Shown: positions 27,070-36,518 of the stretch, piece by piece | Layout of the letters: each line of letters starts with the position of its first letter | How positions within the stretch are numbered: the stretch's first letter is position 1 | Source: Escherichia phage ESCO5 | Sequence record: NC_047776.2 | DNA length: 64,000 nucleotides | Direction: 5' to 3' (one strand) | Program-made: the position numbers and the translations under genes | Notes under the pieces: generated by a model | What the model was told of the DNA's origin: nothing | Database searches by the model: none | Seen by the model: the letters and a program-made list of their open reading frames with translations, nothing else

Positions 27070-27462
27070 ATGAATCTAAAGACTAAAACTGTATTAGGTT
27101 TTGTTTTAATTGTTGTTCTTATTTTTGCCGGAATGTTTGCTTATAACAAGATACGTGAGTCTGGCTACAAAGATGGTGTTGCCTATCAAACGCAATTATA
27201 TCAAGCAGCCCAAGCAAAAGCAAAACAGGATTTTGATGTTCTTCAAAAAAGAGCCGATGAAGAAAGAGCATTATTAAATACTCAAATAAACAACTTGTCT
27301 AAAAACAATGCACAATTAAGAGCAGATTTAGAGAAGAAGAAACAAACGATCAATGAGGATACAACGAATTATGCAAAAACTAATTCTGGCAGTATGTCTT
27401 GCTTTGCCCCTAATGATGATGGGTTGTTCATCATCAATAAAAGTTTCCCCAGTTCTTATTGA
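27070..27462 (+). CDS. i-spanin (Rz-like inner-membrane spanin)
   Basis: 130 aa; N-terminal TM helix VLGFVLIVVLIFAGMFA then coiled-coil periplasmic domain; overlaps o-spanin. Confidence 0.55.
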   Translation: MNLKTKTVLGFVLIVVLIFAGMFAYNKIRESGYKDGVAYQTQLYQAAQAKAKQDFDVLQKRADEERALLNTQINNLSKNNAQLRADLEKKKQTINEDTTNYAKTNSGSMSCFAPNDDGLFIINKSFPSSY

Positions 27463-27697
27463 TGAGTGTAAGGCTGTAGCCATAGAAAAGGTTAAAGGTC
27501 CAGATTCGGATTTGATGGATAAAGTATCGACACCTGTACCATACACTAAAAATCAAATTGCAAAAGGGGTTAGTAGATCTGAAGTTGTTAACAACCAAAC
27601 TCAAAACAACGCTCTTTGGGAGCAAGATAGACGAAAGGTTTTAGGTTTACAAACATATATTAAAACACTGCAAGAAAAAGGTATTATTGCTGAATAA
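27371..27697 (+). CDS. o-spanin (Rz1-like outer-membrane lipoprotein)
   Basis: Internal start MQKLILAVCLALPLMMMGCSSS gives lipoprotein signal with lipobox Cys; different frame, overlaps 3' end of i-spanin (track ORF 27353-27697). Confidence 0.55.
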   Translation: MQKLILAVCLALPLMMMGCSSSIKVSPVLIDECKAVAIEKVKGPDSDLMDKVSTPVPYTKNQIAKGVSRSEVVNNQTQNNALWEQDRRKVLGLQTYIKTLQEKGIIAE

Positions 27698-27706
27698 GGA
27701 GGGAAT

Positions 27707-29782
27707 GTGGCAAAGAAAAAGGCAGCAGGTAGTTTAGCTGGAGTAGATATTGAAGTAAAGGCTCAACCAGGTAAACAGACTCTTGCAATGGATTTAATGC
27801 CAGAAGTTATGATTTATGGTGGTGCCGCTGGATGTGTTTCTGCTGAAACGGAATATCTTACAAAAGATGGTTGGAAACAGATTAGTGAATATTCGGGAGA
27901 GGATATTTACCAATACAACCCTAAGAATAAGCGTTTAGAATTGGTAACACCTTACTTTGTAGAATACGATTTAAATGGAGATAATCTATACAGAATAACA
28001 AATGGTGTAGGATTGTTCCAAGAACTTAGTATGGAACACCGTTTTGTATTCTATAAGAAAAAGAAATCAAAGAAACATTTCGAGATTCTTGTAGGAGATC
28101 TTATTGCATTACAGCAAATAGGAAAACCCCTGCAAGGTTATGTAGAAAATCCATTCGGTAAACGTGTTCCTTTTAACATACCTGGTAAAAAGAGCACTTA
28201 CTTAAAAATACACGAGGTTATTTCAACAGATGATAAGAAATATTGTTTTGAGACTCCAAGCAGCTATATTGTCTTTAGACGTGGCGATCACTGCTTCGTT
28301 ACTGGGAATAGCGGCAAGTCTCGTCTGCTATTGCTGAAAGCTTTAAAATACGCCTACAAAGACCCTTTGTTTGGGGGAATACTTTTCCGTAAGAACACCA
28401 CTGCTCACCGTAAACCAGGTGGTCTGTTTACAGAAGCAAAACGTTTGTATCTTCCTTTACAACCGCACGTAAAAGAAAGTACAATGGATATCATTTTTGA
28501 AGCCACTGGTGGCGGAACCCTCAAATTCGACCATTTGGAAAATGATAACGTAACAGCAGAAACAAACCATCAGGGTACACAGTATTCAATGGTAGGTTTT
28601 GACGAGTTAACCCACTTCACGCAATATGAAATGCTCTATCTTCTGGGACGTATGCGTTCAGAATCAGAAACAAGCTTCATGTTGTGCACATGTAACCCCG
28701 ATGCAGATAGTTGGGTTTTGAATTGGGTGTTACCTTATCTTGATGAGGGTGGTTATCCTAGAGAAGATATGTGTGGTAAACAAAAATATTTCATCATTGT
28801 TAACGATGAACCTGTTTTTGCTGACACACCTGAAGAACTGAAAGAAAAATATCCAGAAAACTGTTTCATGGAAAACCCTAATACAGGGGAGACAGTTGTT
28901 ATTGAACCACAAACTTTCGTATTTATTGGTGGGACAATATTTGATAACCCAGAACTGATTAGGCTTAACCCTAATTACTTAGCACAGCTTAAATCACAAA
29001 CAGCAATTAAAAGAGCACAGCTTCTGGATGGTTGTTGGTTTGCACGTATTCAGAAAGAATCTTTCTTTCAACGTGAATGGTTACATAAAATATCTTATAA
29101 AGATGTTCCTAACAATCTTAAACTAATGCGAGCCTGGGATAAAGCTGTTTCAGTTCCTACAGAAACTTATCGTTATCCAGACTATACAACGTCTGTCAAA
29201 ATGGGTAAAGATCAAGATGGTAATATCTACATCTTTGGTGACTATGACTATGACGCTGTGGATGAGAAAAGTAAAATTTTCGGAAGGTTTAGAAGACTAC
29301 CTGGGGAAAGGGATAATCTGATTCTTAATCAATGTAAGATTGATGGACCAGAAGTTACAGTAGTGCTTCCTAAAGACCCATCTGGTGCTGGGACAATAGA
29401 ATATACAGAGTCTGCAAAGAAACTTATTCTAGAAGGTTTTGTTGTTAAACCAGACGCTATGCCAGGCAACAAGAAAAAGCTTCAGCGTTTTATGCCTTTT
29501 AGTAGTGCGTGTCAAAATGGTTTTGTTTATATTGTTGAAGATTCTTTCCCTAATGTGGAAACTCTAACCCACTTTTATAAAGAATTGGAATCTTTCAATG
29601 GTGAAAGATCTACAGCCACTATTAAAGATGACATTCCCGATGCTGCTGCTTCTTGTTTCAATACTCTGTCAAAAGAGAATACTTTTAAGGCAGTAGCTAT
29701 CCCTACAACAACAAATGCTCCTACAGGATACAGTAGAATGAACAGCGGATTTCACCAACCGTATAGTGTCCGTAAAAGATAA
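27707..29782 (+). CDS. terminase large subunit, intein-containing
   Basis: 691 aa, GTG start after AAGGAGGG; P-loop YGGAAG...SGKS split by insert; C-terminal nuclease-like domain; position before portal. Confidence 0.8.
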   Translation: MAKKKAAGSLAGVDIEVKAQPGKQTLAMDLMPEVMIYGGAAGCVSAETEYLTKDGWKQISEYSGEDIYQYNPKNKRLELVTPYFVEYDLNGDNLYRITNGVGLFQELSMEHRFVFYKKKKSKKHFEILVGDLIALQQIGKPLQGYVENPFGKRVPFNIPGKKSTYLKIHEVISTDDKKYCFETPSSYIVFRRGDHCFVTGNSGKSRLLLLKALKYAYKDPLFGGILFRKNTTAHRKPGGLFTEAKRLYLPLQPHVKESTMDIIFEATGGGTLKFDHLENDNVTAETNHQGTQYSMVGFDELTHFTQYEMLYLLGRMRSESETSFMLCTCNPDADSWVLNWVLPYLDEGGYPREDMCGKQKYFIIVNDEPVFADTPEELKEKYPENCFMENPNTGETVVIEPQTFVFIGGTIFDNPELIRLNPNYLAQLKSQTAIKRAQLLDGCWFARIQKESFFQREWLHKISYKDVPNNLKLMRAWDKAVSVPTETYRYPDYTTSVKMGKDQDGNIYIFGDYDYDAVDEKSKIFGRFRRLPGERDNLILNQCKIDGPEVTVVLPKDPSGAGTIEYTESAKKLILEGFVVKPDAMPGNKKKLQRFMPFSSACQNGFVYIVEDSFPNVETLTHFYKELESFNGERSTATIKDDIPDAAASCFNTLSKENTFKAVAIPTTTNAPTGYSRMNSGFHQPYSVRKR
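27833..28309 (+). other. mini-intein (~159 aa) inside the terminase Walker A motif
   Basis: Starts CVSAETEYLTKDG (intein block A-like) right after GGAAG, ends ...HCFVTGN followed by SGKS; excision restores GGAAGSGKS; too short for a homing-endonuclease domain. Confidence 0.6.
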
Positions 29783-29785
29783 TTG

Positions 29786-29814
29786 TTGACAAAAGTCACT
29801 TTAAAGTGTATTAT
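29786..29814 (+). promoter_or_regulatory. sigma70-like promoter
   Basis: TTGACA, 17-nt spacer, TATTAT. Confidence 0.45.
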
Positions 29815-29883
29815 AACTAGATAGGTGAGGTTGTATATAATACAGCCTTGCCTTAACGATTTTATACCTGACTGGAGGAACAA

Positions 29884-31449
29884 GTGTCAACAGGAAAAAG
29901 AACGTACACTAAAAAGTCAGAATACTGGGACAAAGGTGCTGCAAATAAAGCTGCTCTCTCTCCAACAAAAGAAGCAGAGAAAGAGAAAACGTTACTCCTG
30001 TCACCTGAAATAGGAACGATCGGATTAAACTCAATCAAAGCATTTACGAATTTCATGCAGCCTTATGAGACTCGTTTCCCAGAATGTATTCGAACTTTTA
30101 AAGAGATGGGTGAAGACCCTGATGTAGCTACTGCTCTTGATGCTACGTATATCTTTGTAGATAGAGCATTCTTTGATTTTAAGATAAAATACAATGTAAG
30201 CTCGGCAAAGTCAAGAAAAGCTGCTAAGTTTATCGATTATATGTTACGTAATATGCAAGCCCCTCTACGTCAATATGTTAGATCACTTTTGACATATAAG
30301 CAATACGGGTTTGCATTCGCAGAAAAAGTTTATGAGTTGGATGAAGATCCTAAGAGTCCTTACTTTGGGTATTGGCGATTAACTAAGCTGGCTTTTAGAC
30401 CACAAGATACTCTTCACATGGCTCAACCTTTTACATATTCGGCAGACGGACGTTCTATCTTGTCTGTTAACCAGAATATCACCAATACAATGTTAGCCCC
30501 AGGTAATACAACTTTAGAAACTGGTATTAAAGAAATTCCTTTCAGTAAAGTTTTATTTGTTGGTAGCAACATTACAGAGAATAACCCACTAGGAGTTAGT
30601 CCGCTTTTAGCTGTATATCGTAGCTGGCGTGAAAAATCTCTTATTCAGGAATTTGAGGTTATTGGGGTATCTAAAGATTTAGGCGGTATGCCAGTTCTTA
30701 AGGTTCCAAGTGACATTCTAAACAGGGCATCTTTAGATCCTGCTGGGGATGAAGCACAATCTCTTCGAGTTCTCCAAGCCAACATCGCTAACCTGCACTC
30801 TGGTGAGCAAGCCTACATGGTATTGCCTTCAGACGTTTATGAAGGTACAGTGATGCGTCAATACGATCTTGTATTCCAAGGTGTTGATGGCACGGGTAAA
30901 CAGTTTGACACTCAAGCACTAATCAAACAACGCAAACTAGATATTTATAACCGCTTTGGTGCGGGTGTGTTGATTATGGGTGATGGTGATGCAGGAAGTT
31001 TTGCGCTTTCTGACAACAAACAAACACTATTGTCTCATTTTATTGAGCGAGATGTAGATATTGTTGTAGAAGCTATAAACTCTCAACTAATCCCTCAAAC
31101 ACTACGACTAAACAATATCTTCCTTTCTGATGAAGATATGCCTAAGTTTGTCAGTGGTGAAATGGGTGATCCTGATATTGAAGTAAATGCTAAAGCTATT
31201 CAACAGTTGGTAGCCTCTGGTGCAATACCTTTAACCCCAGAAGTTATTAACGAGTTCCTTGAAAAAATTGGTTTTGAATATCGCATCCCTGACGATATTG
31301 TTGCCAATAAAGAGAAATTCTTTGAATTCATGGATAACTATATGCCTGACAAAACTTCACGATCAGGAGATGGTTTAGCTACAGCAGGGACTGGAACATC
31401 TGATACTGTTTCTGCTTTAGATCCTTCAGCACAAAACCTGTCGAATTAA
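29884..31449 (+). CDS. portal protein (putative)
   Basis: 521 aa, GTG start with GGAGGAA RBS; size and position directly after terminase. Confidence 0.55.
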   Translation: MSTGKRTYTKKSEYWDKGAANKAALSPTKEAEKEKTLLLSPEIGTIGLNSIKAFTNFMQPYETRFPECIRTFKEMGEDPDVATALDATYIFVDRAFFDFKIKYNVSSAKSRKAAKFIDYMLRNMQAPLRQYVRSLLTYKQYGFAFAEKVYELDEDPKSPYFGYWRLTKLAFRPQDTLHMAQPFTYSADGRSILSVNQNITNTMLAPGNTTLETGIKEIPFSKVLFVGSNITENNPLGVSPLLAVYRSWREKSLIQEFEVIGVSKDLGGMPVLKVPSDILNRASLDPAGDEAQSLRVLQANIANLHSGEQAYMVLPSDVYEGTVMRQYDLVFQGVDGTGKQFDTQALIKQRKLDIYNRFGAGVLIMGDGDAGSFALSDNKQTLLSHFIERDVDIVVEAINSQLIPQTLRLNNIFLSDEDMPKFVSGEMGDPDIEVNAKAIQQLVASGAIPLTPEVINEFLEKIGFEYRIPDDIVANKEKFFEFMDNYMPDKTSRSGDGLATAGTGTSDTVSALDPSAQNLSN

Positions 31450-31477
31450 AAATATTTAATATTTTTTAATTTTTCTA

Positions 31478-31506
31478 TTGACAAAACAACAAATATCCTG
31501 TAGACT
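31478..31506 (+). promoter_or_regulatory. sigma70-like promoter
   Basis: TTGACA, 17-nt spacer, TAGACT. Confidence 0.4.
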
Positions 31507-31542
31507 AAGATTTATGGGATATCTGTTTTTAAGAGGTTTCAA

Positions 31543-32022
31543 ATGGAACTCAATAAAGATACACTGTGGGAACTCTTCAAAACCTTCGCTGGTTTTAAAG
31601 AGAATTCTGAATCCCAACAAGATTCTATACCATCTCAAAAACCTGAAACTTTAGTCAAACAAAATAAATTTGATGAAGAAAAGATGCAGGTTATTGAGGT
31701 CTTGTATTGTCCACCTGAAGAAGACGATCTCCACGGAGAGCGCATGTCTGATTTGGAAATCAGGAAGATGGTTGACAACTTCAATGAGAATATTACCAAC
31801 ATTAGTGGTAATCTTGGTCACATGAAGAACACCGATAAGTTTTCTCCAATTAAAGCTTGGGTAAATGAAGTTGATTGTTACATTGGTGACGAACTCGTTG
31901 TGGAAGGAACTCCCCTCGTTAAAATCCAATTCAACGACCCTGAATTATATCAAGCTCGTAAAGACGGCGTTCTTAAAGGTTTGAGTATAGGCGCAATGGG
32001 CGTTAAAGTCAAGAAGGACTAA
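31543..32022 (+). CDS. head morphogenesis protein (putative)
   Basis: 159-aa ORF between portal and scaffold. Confidence 0.35.
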   Translation: MELNKDTLWELFKTFAGFKENSESQQDSIPSQKPETLVKQNKFDEEKMQVIEVLYCPPEEDDLHGERMSDLEIRKMVDNFNENITNISGNLGHMKNTDKFSPIKAWVNEVDCYIGDELVVEGTPLVKIQFNDPELYQARKDGVLKGLSIGAMGVKVKKD

Positions 32023-32024
32023 TC

Positions 32025-33140
32025 GTGGCAAATACATATTTAACTAACGTAGACTTTTCAGGAAAAGCTACGGAAGAGTCACTAGGTGCTCATATTGCTT
32101 ACACTTTTGATTTTCAAGGTGGAGCGGCATCTGGTTATAATACCCCCCTTTTATTTAAGTCAGACGGATCTCCAGACATAACTTTTGAAAAGTTAGAAGC
32201 TCTCACTAAAATGGGAGAAGATGTTACAGAGTTACGTAAAAGCTATATTCAACAAGTGATGGATCGCATTTCTGAAAAAGTGCGTGAAAAATTTGAAGCT
32301 GGTTGGGATTGGGTTTACGTTATTGATGCTGACTTCGATGCGAACGTTGCAATTTTCTGTTCAGATAACGGTATGTTCTCTGTTGGCTTTAAAGTTGACG
32401 GACTGAATGTTGAAGTTGAAGAGGTTGCTAAACCTGTTGTTCGTGTTACTGATTATCAAGTTGTTGATGGTGATGTAATGATCTCCATTGATTTCTTTGA
32501 GGACGTTTTAGACGATGCTTTGAGTAATCTCGTTAAGAGTTCCTTGAAACAAAGTCAAGTTAAAGATTATTTAGTGAAAGCTCACGCTAAAGCTAATACA
32601 AACTCTGTGGATGCAGAGGCTAACCCCGCAGGTGATAAATCTGCAAACACAACTGGAATCAATAAAGGAGAAACCCCTTTGGAAAATATCAACAAAGAAG
32701 AATTCCTGAAATCTGCTGAATTCCAAGAACTGATGAAAGCACAGATCGCTGAAGCTGTAGAAAAAGCAGCCGCAGATGCACGTGCAGCCGCAGAACTTGA
32801 AGCACAGGAAAAAATCGCTAAGGCAGAACAGGAAGCAGAAGAACTTCGTAAAGCTGAACAAGCTCGTATCGAAGAAGAATATACAACTGTTGTTAAATCC
32901 TATTCTTTCGTAGAAGAAGACAAAGTTGAAGCTCTCGTTAAATATCTGGTAGATAATAAAGATATCGCTGAAACTATCGTCAAAGCATTCGAAAAAGCAC
33001 GTGCAGAAGTGGACGCAGTTAAGAAAGAATTTGGAGCAGAACGTGGTGTTGATGTGATCAATACTCAACCTGTAGCTAAATCTTCTTCTGAACTGATTAG
33101 TCAGAAAGCTGCTGAACTTAAAAAAGCCCAGAAACAATAA
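32025..33140 (+). CDS. scaffolding protein (putative)
   Basis: 371 aa, GTG start; Ala/Glu/Lys-rich coiled-coil segment (AEAVEKAAADARAAAELEAQEKIAKAEQEAEELRKAEQ); precedes capsid genes. Confidence 0.5.
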   Translation: MANTYLTNVDFSGKATEESLGAHIAYTFDFQGGAASGYNTPLLFKSDGSPDITFEKLEALTKMGEDVTELRKSYIQQVMDRISEKVREKFEAGWDWVYVIDADFDANVAIFCSDNGMFSVGFKVDGLNVEVEEVAKPVVRVTDYQVVDGDVMISIDFFEDVLDDALSNLVKSSLKQSQVKDYLVKAHAKANTNSVDAEANPAGDKSANTTGINKGETPLENINKEEFLKSAEFQELMKAQIAEAVEKAAADARAAAELEAQEKIAKAEQEAEELRKAEQARIEEEYTTVVKSYSFVEEDKVEALVKYLVDNKDIAETIVKAFEKARAEVDAVKKEFGAERGVDVINTQPVAKSSSELISQKAAELKKAQKQ

Positions 33141-33159
33141 TCTTAGGAGATTAAATTAA

Positions 33160-33558
33160 ATGGCTAAAGGAATTACTTTATCTAACTCTCGCCAGGAATT
33201 CGGACACCTGGTTCTGGGTGGAGTGTTTAGCTCTGACCTTGGACACTGTGTACGTGAAGTTAACCTGGTTAAAACAGCAACCATGAAAATTGGTTCTATC
33301 CTGAAAGCTGACAACACTGAAGCTGCTAAAGCTGAAGCTGCCGATGCTGCTAAAGTTCTGATTTGGACTGATGCTCTGTTCGGTATTGATGATGTAGCAG
33401 TAGGTGACACTTTCACCGCAGTTGTTGGCGTACGTGATCTTACTCTGAACCGCTTTGCAGTATACTACAAAGATGGCTCCCTGGTAGATGACGCTGGCGT
33501 AGCAGCACTGGAAACACATGATCTGAAACTGACCGAAAAAGTCGTTTTCACTTCTTAA
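33160..33558 (+). CDS. abundant head protein (decoration or minor capsid, putative)
   Basis: 132 aa; strong shift to CTG/CGT/GGT codons shared with the next gene. Confidence 0.4.
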   Translation: MAKGITLSNSRQEFGHLVLGGVFSSDLGHCVREVNLVKTATMKIGSILKADNTEAAKAEAADAAKVLIWTDALFGIDDVAVGDTFTAVVGVRDLTLNRFAVYYKDGSLVDDAGVAALETHDLKLTEKVVFTS

Positions 33559-33579
33559 TTTTAATAGGAGATTAATATA

Positions 33580-34581
33580 ATGCCAGCAGTAATTTTAGAT
33601 CAGGTTGTAGATTTCAGCCCTATGATCGAACTTCAGGATTCCCCTGATACACTGATTGCCAGCCTGAATCTGTTCAGCGTTGACTATCATTCAACTACCG
33701 CTATTGAAATCGGTAAAGAAAAAGCTGAAGATGCGCTGATCTCCGCTCGTGAGCGTGGTGGTGAGCGTAACTTCCTGACCATGAAAAATCCAGAACTGAA
33801 AGCGTTCCGTATTCCGTTCTTCCCTCTGGATAAAAACATCAAAGCTCAAGATATTCAATCTTTCCGTAGCTTTGCGATGGCAGGAATCAATGACTCTCTG
33901 CGCACAGACGCTGAAGTTGTTAACCGCTATATGTCCCAGATTCTGCGTGACGTAGCAAAAACCAAAGAGAAAATCTTTGCAGAAGCAGTTATGGGTCGTG
34001 CCTATAACGGCGTAGGTGGTGCAGCTAACTCTGCATACAACTGGTATACCGAGTGGAATGCTACCCAGAAATCTGTTGCTGTAGACTTTGCTTCTACCAC
34101 TGTTTCTCCAGCAGCCACTATCGAGCAAGAAGCTCGTGCTTACATCATCGATACTAAACAAGATGGCTCTACCGCTACTCGTATCGTAGCTCTGTGTTCT
34201 CGTGAATTTTTCGCATCTCTGGTTAACTCTCCATTTGTTCGCCAGGCATATCAGTATTTCCAAGGAACTCCTAACCTTCTGCGTGACCGCCTTAGCGGTA
34301 ACATGGATGTTCAGGTGTTCGAATGGAACGGTGTAACTTACATTGAAGATATCCACGGTAACATCCCTGCTGGTGAAGCATATGTTCTGCCTATGGGTAT
34401 CGAAGGTATGTTCCAGGCGCACTACGCTCCTGCGGATACTCCAGAACTGGCTAACACCCAGGCTCGTGAACTGTATACCTTCATGATCAGCCAGCACCGC
34501 ACCATTCAGCTTCAGTCTGAATTCTCGCTGCTCGCAGTTAACACCCGTCCAGAACTGGTAGTTAAACTGACTACGGCTTAA
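33580..34581 (+). CDS. major capsid protein (putative)
   Basis: 333 aa; position after scaffold; highly biased codon usage; followed by strong terminator. Confidence 0.55.
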   Translation: MPAVILDQVVDFSPMIELQDSPDTLIASLNLFSVDYHSTTAIEIGKEKAEDALISARERGGERNFLTMKNPELKAFRIPFFPLDKNIKAQDIQSFRSFAMAGINDSLRTDAEVVNRYMSQILRDVAKTKEKIFAEAVMGRAYNGVGGAANSAYNWYTEWNATQKSVAVDFASTTVSPAATIEQEARAYIIDTKQDGSTATRIVALCSREFFASLVNSPFVRQAYQYFQGTPNLLRDRLSGNMDVQVFEWNGVTYIEDIHGNIPAGEAYVLPMGIEGMFQAHYAPADTPELANTQARELYTFMISQHRTIQLQSEFSLLAVNTRPELVVKLTTA

Positions 34582-34602
34582 CAGAACTCTGTTAATATTA
34601 GA

Positions 34603-34636
34603 GGCTCGTCCGTGATGGGCGAGCCTTTTCTGTTTA
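34603..34636 (+). terminator. rho-independent terminator
   Basis: GGCTCG...CGAGCC hairpin followed by TTTTCTGTTT. Confidence 0.6.
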
Positions 34637-34665
34637 CAACAAGAGTTTACAATGAGGAGATTGAT

Positions 34666-35010
34666 ATGTCAAACCCAGAATTGAAACGTTACTTTAGTTA
34701 TCACGAAATGATTCGTGATTTCGAATCGCTTTCACCACTGATTGATGCTGATAAAACATTAGTATCTGCGCCACCAATGTCTTTCTATCTGAAAGATGGT
34801 CGTATTGCATTAGGTGGAAACTTCATTCACTTCCTCACACGTTTGAGAGAAGAAACAGGTATTCTTGTGCATCCTTTTGCAAGTGAAGAACACATGGGTT
34901 ACTATCTTGTAAGTTACGAAGATTATGCACCTGTAAAAATCAAAGAAGAAGTTTTAAAAGTAGAAGCGGTAGACACTCCAGCTAAAAAACGTTCCCTTCG
35001 TAAAAAATAA
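34666..35010 (+). CDS. hypothetical structural protein
   Basis: Internal ATG (MSNPELKRYF...) after GAGGAG; the track start 34612 lies inside the terminator hairpin. Confidence 0.4.
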   Translation: MSNPELKRYFSYHEMIRDFESLSPLIDADKTLVSAPPMSFYLKDGRIALGGNFIHFLTRLREETGILVHPFASEEHMGYYLVSYEDYAPVKIKEEVLKVEAVDTPAKKRSLRKK

Positions 35011-35019
35011 GGTGGGCTT

Positions 35020-35568
35020 ATGCTGAATGCGGTAGAGTTGGCACCACTGATCCGAATTCTTGTTTATAACCCTTCTCAAGAAGTATTGCCAGATGCAATG
35101 CTGATTCAGATCATCCAGACTTGGATTGATATTATAGGGAATGAAGATAAGGATAAGTGTGCAGTATTGTGGAACAGCTTGATTTCTGTTTTAGAGTATT
35201 TATGGAACAACGATGTTCTTAATAACAATACTCAAACAGGAGGGGCTATGTCTCGCAGAGAAAAGATGGGTGAAGTCGAAGTTGAAGTTAAATTTAACAA
35301 CGGTCAAGTAACTTATAAGTCTCCGTGGGAAGATATTTATCATAACTATTTAAATGGTCTTATGGTTATTCCTGGGTGCACGGCAGGACGAGGAGCAACC
35401 AGTAAAGTTCTTATTGGTGGTGTTGATGCTCGTGAGATTGATCGAGTAAACAGCGATCCTAACTCTGTAAATGGTCTTGGTAATGTTGCAAGTGTTGATC
35501 GTAATACACGCAACGTTAATTATTTGCGAAATTATGGACCTGTTTCTTTTTATCGTAGGGACAAATAA
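35020..35568 (+). CDS. head-tail joining / neck protein (putative)
   Basis: 182-aa ORF in the connector region. Confidence 0.35.
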   Translation: MLNAVELAPLIRILVYNPSQEVLPDAMLIQIIQTWIDIIGNEDKDKCAVLWNSLISVLEYLWNNDVLNNNTQTGGAMSRREKMGEVEVEVKFNNGQVTYKSPWEDIYHNYLNGLMVIPGCTAGRGATSKVLIGGVDAREIDRVNSDPNSVNGLGNVASVDRNTRNVNYLRNYGPVSFYRRDK

Positions 35569-36056
35569 TGGAAAGTGAGATCTTACCAGGTGATGATACG
35601 GATTGGGAAACCATTATCAAAAAGATGATGGACCTTGAACAAGTTCAAATCGAAGCTGGTTTTTTAACAAACAAAAGGCATCCTGAATCAGATCTCACTA
35701 TTCCTGCAATAGCAGCTATTCAACAATATGGTAATGAAACAAATAACATACCTGCTCGCCCTTTTATAACAGATGGCGCTGTTATCTCACAGAACAATAT
35801 CGCTAAAAAGATGAAGCAGGTGTTTGCAAATTACTTAATGAATAATGTCGGGTTAGCTGTTTTTGAGCCTATAGCGAGAGCCTCTAGAGAAGGAATAGCT
35901 CAAGCGATTGCAATGCAACGTTATCGTCCTTTATCTCCTGTGACAATTAAGATACGACAAGATAAAGGCAACTATTCTAATCATATCTTAATAGATACGG
36001 CACACATGATAAATGCAATCGAAACAAAAATCACAAAAAGCAAGTCTAAAAAATAA
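35568..36056 (+). CDS. head-tail joining / neck protein (putative)
   Basis: 162-aa ORF, start overlaps previous stop. Confidence 0.35.
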   Translation: MESEILPGDDTDWETIIKKMMDLEQVQIEAGFLTNKRHPESDLTIPAIAAIQQYGNETNNIPARPFITDGAVISQNNIAKKMKQVFANYLMNNVGLAVFEPIARASREGIAQAIAMQRYRPLSPVTIKIRQDKGNYSNHILIDTAHMINAIETKITKSKSKK

Positions 36057-36057
36057 C

Positions 36058-36086
36058 TTGCATAAACTTTGTTTTTGATGTATACT
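36058..36086 (+). promoter_or_regulatory. sigma70-like promoter
   Basis: TTGCAT, 17-nt spacer, TATACT. Confidence 0.4.
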
Positions 36087-36518
36087 AAAAAGGAGATACA
36101 AGTGTTACTAGATCAATTTACTCTCCTTGATCTAACTGAATACCAAGGTCGTAGACGAGTCTACAAAGAGGCGGTTGGTTCAGTTATTGCTAACTTAGAA
36201 AGTAGTGTAGAATATGAACCATTTACTATTGAAGCGGCAAGCTTACAACCGATATCTGGTAAAACACTGAATGCACTACCTGAAGGTTACAGATCTAAGG
36301 CTCAATATAGTTTCTGGACTAAAACAGAAATGAAGGGGTTACAACAAGGAACAGAACAGTTATCAGATCAGATATTGATAGATGGTAAATGGTATTCTGT
36401 TTATTCCCTTAAAAATTGGACCAGAACATCTTTCTTAGTCCATCATCACTGTGTTGCAATATTAGACGATCAAAACAACTCCTGGTCTTATGGAACAGAA
36501 GGAGGAAACTTTGGCTAA
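36069..36518 (+). CDS. tail completion / neck protein (putative)
   Basis: 149-aa ORF, GTG start. Confidence 0.35.
   Translation: MFLMYTKKEIQVLLDQFTLLDLTEYQGRRRVYKEAVGSVIANLESSVEYEPFTIEAASLQPISGKTLNALPEGYRSKAQYSFWTKTEMKGLQQGTEQLSDQILIDGKWYSVYSLKNWTRTSFLVHHHCVAILDDQNNSWSYGTEGGNFG

Noticed and set aside
26871-27086. 71-aa track ORF overlapping the small gene at 26849-27019
   Set aside because: Competing frames; an internal ATGATG after GGAGGAAG (~26946) could start a ~45-aa product, but neither frame can be confirmed, so only the RBS-supported 26849 ORF is listed at low confidence.
32571-33137. 188-aa minus-strand ORF with Phe/Cys-rich translation
   Set aside because: Antisense to the scaffold gene; low-complexity translation typical of the reverse strand of a Glu/Lys/Ala-rich gene.
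33691-34497. 268-aa minus-strand ORF
   Set aside because: Antisense to the codon-optimised major capsid gene; no RBS and opposite to all neighbouring transcription.
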